From Bacteroidota bacterium (lineage in GTDB: Bacteria > Bacteroidota > Bacteroidia > UKL13-3): a stretch of 64,000 nucleotides of DNA. A program made the translations under genes and the position numbers. Below, in pieces: positions 60,171 to 64,000 of this stretch (position 1 is its first letter; every line of letters begins with the position of its first letter). Location of the stretch: positions 3,407 to 67,406 of the forward strand of contig JAIXWW010000006.1 in assembly GCA_027491085.1 (NCBI GenBank), read 5' to 3'. The notes beneath the pieces were generated by a model. That model did no database searches and had not been told where the DNA came from. It was given only the letters and a program-made list of their open reading frames with translations.

Positions 60171-60258
60171 ATTATGAATTATGAATGTTGAATTGTAAAT
60201 TGCGTTTCTAAACTTGAATTTAAAATCTCTAAATCATCAAGTCGTAAATCTCTGAATT
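60158..60258. repeat. heptamer then octamer arrays at the folP-dacA junction
   Basis: TGCTGAA TTATGAA TTATGAA TGTTGAA TTGTAAA; AAATCTCT AAATCATC ... AAATCTCT. Confidence 0.7.
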
Positions 60259-60264
60259 AACTAA

Positions 60265-61068
60265 ATGGAAATTTTAACCTATAAATTTAACTGGATAAAC
60301 CTAGTAGATTTGGTGCTAGTGCTATTAATTAGCTGGCAGCTATTTGTTAGGGTTAAAGGCAGTTTGGCATTCAATATTATGATTGGATTGCTAACGCTTT
60401 ATGCCTTTTGGTGGGTGGTTAAATATTTTGAAATGCCCCTTTTAGAAACCATTTTAGGTGGTTTTGCCAATTTTGGTGTAGTGGCGGTTTTAATTGTTTT
60501 TCAGCAAGAAATAAGGCGTTTTTTATTAATCATTGGGCGAAATTCATTTTTAGGCGAAAACAAAAAATGGTGGAATATTTTTCCTTGGAAATGGAAATTA
60601 GATGACCCTGATGAACTTGATTTTGAAACCATTGTAGATGCATGTCAAGTATTAGCAGAAACACATACCGGTGCAATTATTATTTTCCCAAAAACAAGTG
60701 AAATGCGTTTTTTAGCAGCCAGTGGCGAAACCATTGAAGCGAATATTACCAAACGTTTAATTTTAACTATATTTAACAAAACCAGTCCATTACACGATGG
60801 TGCTATGATTATAGCCAAAGGCAAAATTAAAGCTGCAAACTGTGTATTACCAGTTAGCGATAACCCTGATTTAATTAATAAATTTGGATTGCGCCATTTA
60901 TCGGCTATTGGAATTACAGAACAAACAGATGCTATTTGTCTAGTTATTAGCGAAGAACGTGGTTATATTAGTTTTGTAAAAGAAGGAAAAATTACCGAAG
61001 CCATAGATAGAGAATTACTAATTGGGCTACTAAACTTAGAACTAAAACCGAAGGTAAAATACGAGTAG
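60265..61068 (+). CDS. dacA: diadenylate cyclase CdaA/DacA
   Basis: Three TM helices, FQQEIRR, PLHDGA, GLRHLSA, SEERG. Confidence 0.92.
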   Translation: MEILTYKFNWINLVDLVLVLLISWQLFVRVKGSLAFNIMIGLLTLYAFWWVVKYFEMPLLETILGGFANFGVVAVLIVFQQEIRRFLLIIGRNSFLGENKKWWNIFPWKWKLDDPDELDFETIVDACQVLAETHTGAIIIFPKTSEMRFLAASGETIEANITKRLILTIFNKTSPLHDGAMIIAKGKIKAANCVLPVSDNPDLINKFGLRHLSAIGITEQTDAICLVISEERGYISFVKEGKITEAIDRELLIGLLNLELKPKVKYE

Positions 61069-61091
61069 ATTATTACCGATTATTGAATTGT

Positions 61092-61127
61092 TTACATACA
61101 AACCAACTATAAATGGTTTGTATGTAA
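61092..61127. terminator. hairpin between convergent dacA and dnaX
   Basis: TTACATACAAACCA/TGGTTTGTATGTAA 14-bp stem. Confidence 0.65.
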
Positions 61128-61218
61128 TTTAATTATTGTTTCGTAAAAAAAACAAAATTTTTTACGGCATTTTTAACTGACAATAAAAATACTCCCCAAG
61201 TTAATTCTCAAAAACTAA

Positions 61219-63035
61219 TTAATATTCAATTTCCAATTCAAGCAATTGACGAAGTGTAGCTAAATCGGGATTTTGTTCTACCATTTTGTTAAACTTATCT
61301 TCCACAGAAAGCGATTTTGTTTCAGGAATTAAGGTGGAATCCACCTCAAAATCTAAATTTATTTGGGTGTTTTTTAAATTAATTCTAAAATATTGCAACG
61401 CGTTTAATCGATGCTCTTCACATAAACTCCTTTCATGGTTACTGGCAAGTACCAAGGTTATTTTATGGCTATCGTTTTTTAACTTACGCTCTTTTAAAAA
61501 ACTTAAACTACCTTTATTTAACTGTACCACAAAATCAACCCAAACACGGTTCATATCTGAATCTGAATAATATTCATCTTTACTGGTATCTTCAACTTCG
61601 AGAATTTTTTCTTCAGTTTCTTTTTGAGTTTCTTGGATTTCGTTTTTAAGTTTTTCTGCTATTTGCTCTTTCATTTGAGCAATTGAATCTCCTGATTTTT
61701 TACCAAATAAACCTCCAATTTTTGGCATTAGAGGAAGGTTATTTGAAATGACTTTATTTTCAGGAAGAGCAATTGGCTGTTCCTGAACTATAGCAGAAGT
61801 AATGGCGGGTTCAGTATTTACTGGTGTATTAACAATAGATGGATTGTCAATGGGTTTATTTTCAGTAGTTACTGTTGGAGTTGAATCCGAAAAATCAACT
61901 ATTTTTTTTTTAAGTCAACACCACTATTTTGTAGGTTGATATAAGATTGGATATGGCTTAATTTCATTAAGCACAGCTCTACATGTAACCGGGCATTTTT
62001 CGATGCCTTGTAGTCAAATTCGCATTTATTTAAAATATTCAATGCGTTCAACATAAGTGCTAAATTGCAAGCTTTGGCTTGTTCTATAAATTTAATAGCA
62101 ACAGATTGAGATACTTCTAATAATTTTACAGTATCAGGATGCTTGCAAACCATTAAGTTACGGATGTGTTCGCTAAATCCGCCAACAAAATGTAATGCAT
62201 CAAAGCCATTGTTCAATATTTCATCAAACAATAAAAGTAAACCTGCTAAATCTTCATTTAAAAGAAGGTTTACGGCTTTAAAGTAATAATCGTAATCAAG
62301 GATGTTTAGGTTATTGATTACATCTTGATACTTGATATTGGTTCCACTAAAACTAACAATTCTATCAAAAATAGAAAGTGCATCACGCATGGCTCCATCA
62401 GCTTTTTGAGCAATTACATGTAACGCATCTTCATCGGCAGTTATATTTTCTTTTTCACAAATGGCTTTTAATTGTTTAACCGCATCTTCAATTTTAATTC
62501 TATGGAAATCGAATACTTGACAACGAGAAATAATGGTTGGAAGTATTTTATGTTTTTCAGTAGTTGCTAAAATAAATTTGGCATATGGAGGTGGTTCTTC
62601 TAATGTTTTTAAAAATGCATTGAAAGCGTTTGCACTTAACATGTGCACCTCATCTATAATATAAATTTTATAAGTAGCGCCTTGCGGAGCATAACGCACT
62701 TGGTCAACCAAGGCTCTGATATCGTCAACTGAGTTATTGCTGGCAGCATCTAATTCATATATATTAAACGATGCATTGTTATTAAAAGCATTGCAGCTAC
62801 CGCAATTATTACAAGCCTCTAAATCGGCAGTTAAGTTGGTACAGTTTATAGTTTTAGCTAACAAACGTGCCGAGGTAGTTTTACCTACACCACGTGGACC
62901 ACAAAATAAAAATGCGTGAGCTAAATGCTTGTTTTTAATGGCATTTTTTAATGTTTGTACTACATGGCCCTGGCCAATTACAGTATCGAAACTAGCCGGA
63001 CGGTATTTACGGGCCGAAACCACAAAATTTTCCAT
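61219..63035 (-). CDS. dnaX: DNA polymerase III gamma/tau; the 0 frame ends at 61899 (378 aa), and a -1 shift at A10 gives 605 aa
   Basis: ARKYRP, GPRGVGKTT, DEVH, SRC; TTA AAA AAA AAA TAG, then a -1 frame open into ORF 61219-61728. Confidence 0.9.
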
Positions 63036-63107
63036 GCCTGCAATTAATTTGATTTTTTCGACATAATAAAATTAAACTGCTATTTGTTGATAAATTGATA
63101 CCTCAGG

Positions 63108-63287
63108 TGTGGTGTAATGTATGATTTGGGATCTGTAAGATGTGAGAAGTGAAATGTGAGATGAGAGATGGAATTTGAGGAATGGGCAATAGGCAATTAG
63201 CAATAGACAATAAGCAATTACTGAAGCTACAATCAACAATATAGCAATTCAGCAATCTATAAATCGAAAATCAACAAATCAAAAATT
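63108..63287. repeat. concatenated 7- and 8-mer tandem arrays
   Basis: TGAGATG-type, GGCAATA/AGCAATT-type, AGCAATnn 8-mers and AAATC-type units in succession. Confidence 0.8.
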
Positions 63288-64000
63288 AATTATACATCCT
63301 CCATCTTACGCCTATTCTTAAGGTTGATAATGGTAATGGATAATTGGGGGTGCTGTAGAATCCTGTTGATTTAAACCAATCTTGGTTAAGGTGTTCGTAT
63401 GAAGCAAAAATTACCGCATGGCGAATTTCACCACATAAAAACACATTAATTAATGGATAATTACCAATTTGCTTTTGGTCTTGCAGGTAAAATCCTCGTG
63501 TAGCAGGATTATAGGCTTGTGCATAAAAAGCCGTGTTATAAAATGCATCAAAACCTAATTGTAAATTCAATGCCTTTTTAAACATAACTTGTTGGAAATA
63601 GTAACGCAATACAGCGCCAAATTCCGGCAAACGAACAAAATCTTCAGTGCTTTTTTGGTACAAAATTTTATTATCAAAATAAAATTTCCAAAGTTTGAAC
63701 ACTTTTTGCAGTTCAATAGTTTGAACTAATGCTACATTACTGCTTTGTTTAGGAGTAGCATCGGTACCAAAATAAACCCAATTAGCCAATATATTCTGAT
63801 TAAAGGTTAGTTTAAAGTTGTTTTTTAGAGTGCGTGTTTCAATACTTCCATGCCAATTACTTACATTTATTTTATTGAAATTTTGATTATCCCAATTAAA
63901 TTGATTGCTTTTAAAAAAAGTAAAAGTATAATCAGGCGTGTACAAATTATTAAAAATTCCACCACTAAATATTAGCCAAGGAGTTTTGTAGTTAATATCT
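63286..64000 (-). CDS. putative porin / outer-membrane beta-barrel (5' part outside the window)
   Basis: Frame is open to the window end; AYNPA...FY.Q, GNYP..., C-terminal RIGVRWRMYN. Confidence 0.75.
   Translation of the reverse strand, partial: DINYKTPWLIFSGGIFNNLYTPDYTFTFFKSNQFNWDNQNFNKINVSNWHGSIETRTLKNNFKLTFNQNILANWVYFGTDATPKQSSNVALVQTIELQKVFKLWKFYFDNKILYQKSTEDFVRLPEFGAVLRYYFQQVMFKKALNLQLGFDAFYNTAFYAQAYNPATRGFYLQDQKQIGNYPLINVFLCGEIRHAVIFASYEHLNQDWFKSTGFYSTPNYPLPLSTLRIGVRWRMYN

Noticed and set aside
6546-62919. Many short ORFs antisense or out of frame within real genes (e.g. 23064-23489, 44623-45042, 28866-29231) and spacer ORFs 46407-46640/46466-46651
   Set aside because: Shadow ORFs of well-supported genes or promoter DNA, with no motifs of their own
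16301-63287. Tandem arrays as CRISPR
   Set aside because: Units are 7-8 nt with no unique spacers, and there are no cas genes

Overview
AT-rich core-genome segment of a Bacteroidota bacterium, judged from T9SS C-terminal sorting domains, TAnnTTTG promoters, a str operon lacking tuf and Zn-free S14/L31/L36. From left to right it holds: a probable truncated 6S-Flavo RNA at the edge; an ECF sigma / membrane-anchored beta-barrel / T9SS-PKD module; parAB; yicC-gmk-nadD; crcB-rsgA-(T9SS protein)-dtd; purQ; thiL; a crtD-cruF-crtZ-cyclase carotenoid cluster; a very Met-rich PhaE-like protein; a rhodanese/persulfide-dioxygenase pair; a 7TM histidine kinase; a WecA-like transferase; the complete str-S10-spc-alpha ribosomal superoperon (minus strand); bcp; M23 peptidase; menD-menB-murB; a GlmU-like gene; rpmE2; HU; aroK; DoxX; DUF1599; folP-dacA; dnaX; and a partial porin. 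I see no CRISPR array, rRNA, tRNA, transposase or prophage. The most notable signals are (1) 7/8-nt tandem arrays and short palindromes that fill intergenic spaces, supply the stop codons of several core genes and invade menD in frame, (2) the ~16% Met PhaE-like protein, (3) dnaX split at an A10 run, and (4) a putative two-membrane-spanning anti-sigma factor. Three lesions (fusA TAA, a G6 frameshift, an A16 run) may be sequencing or assembly errors. All family calls are by eye; no database was searched.
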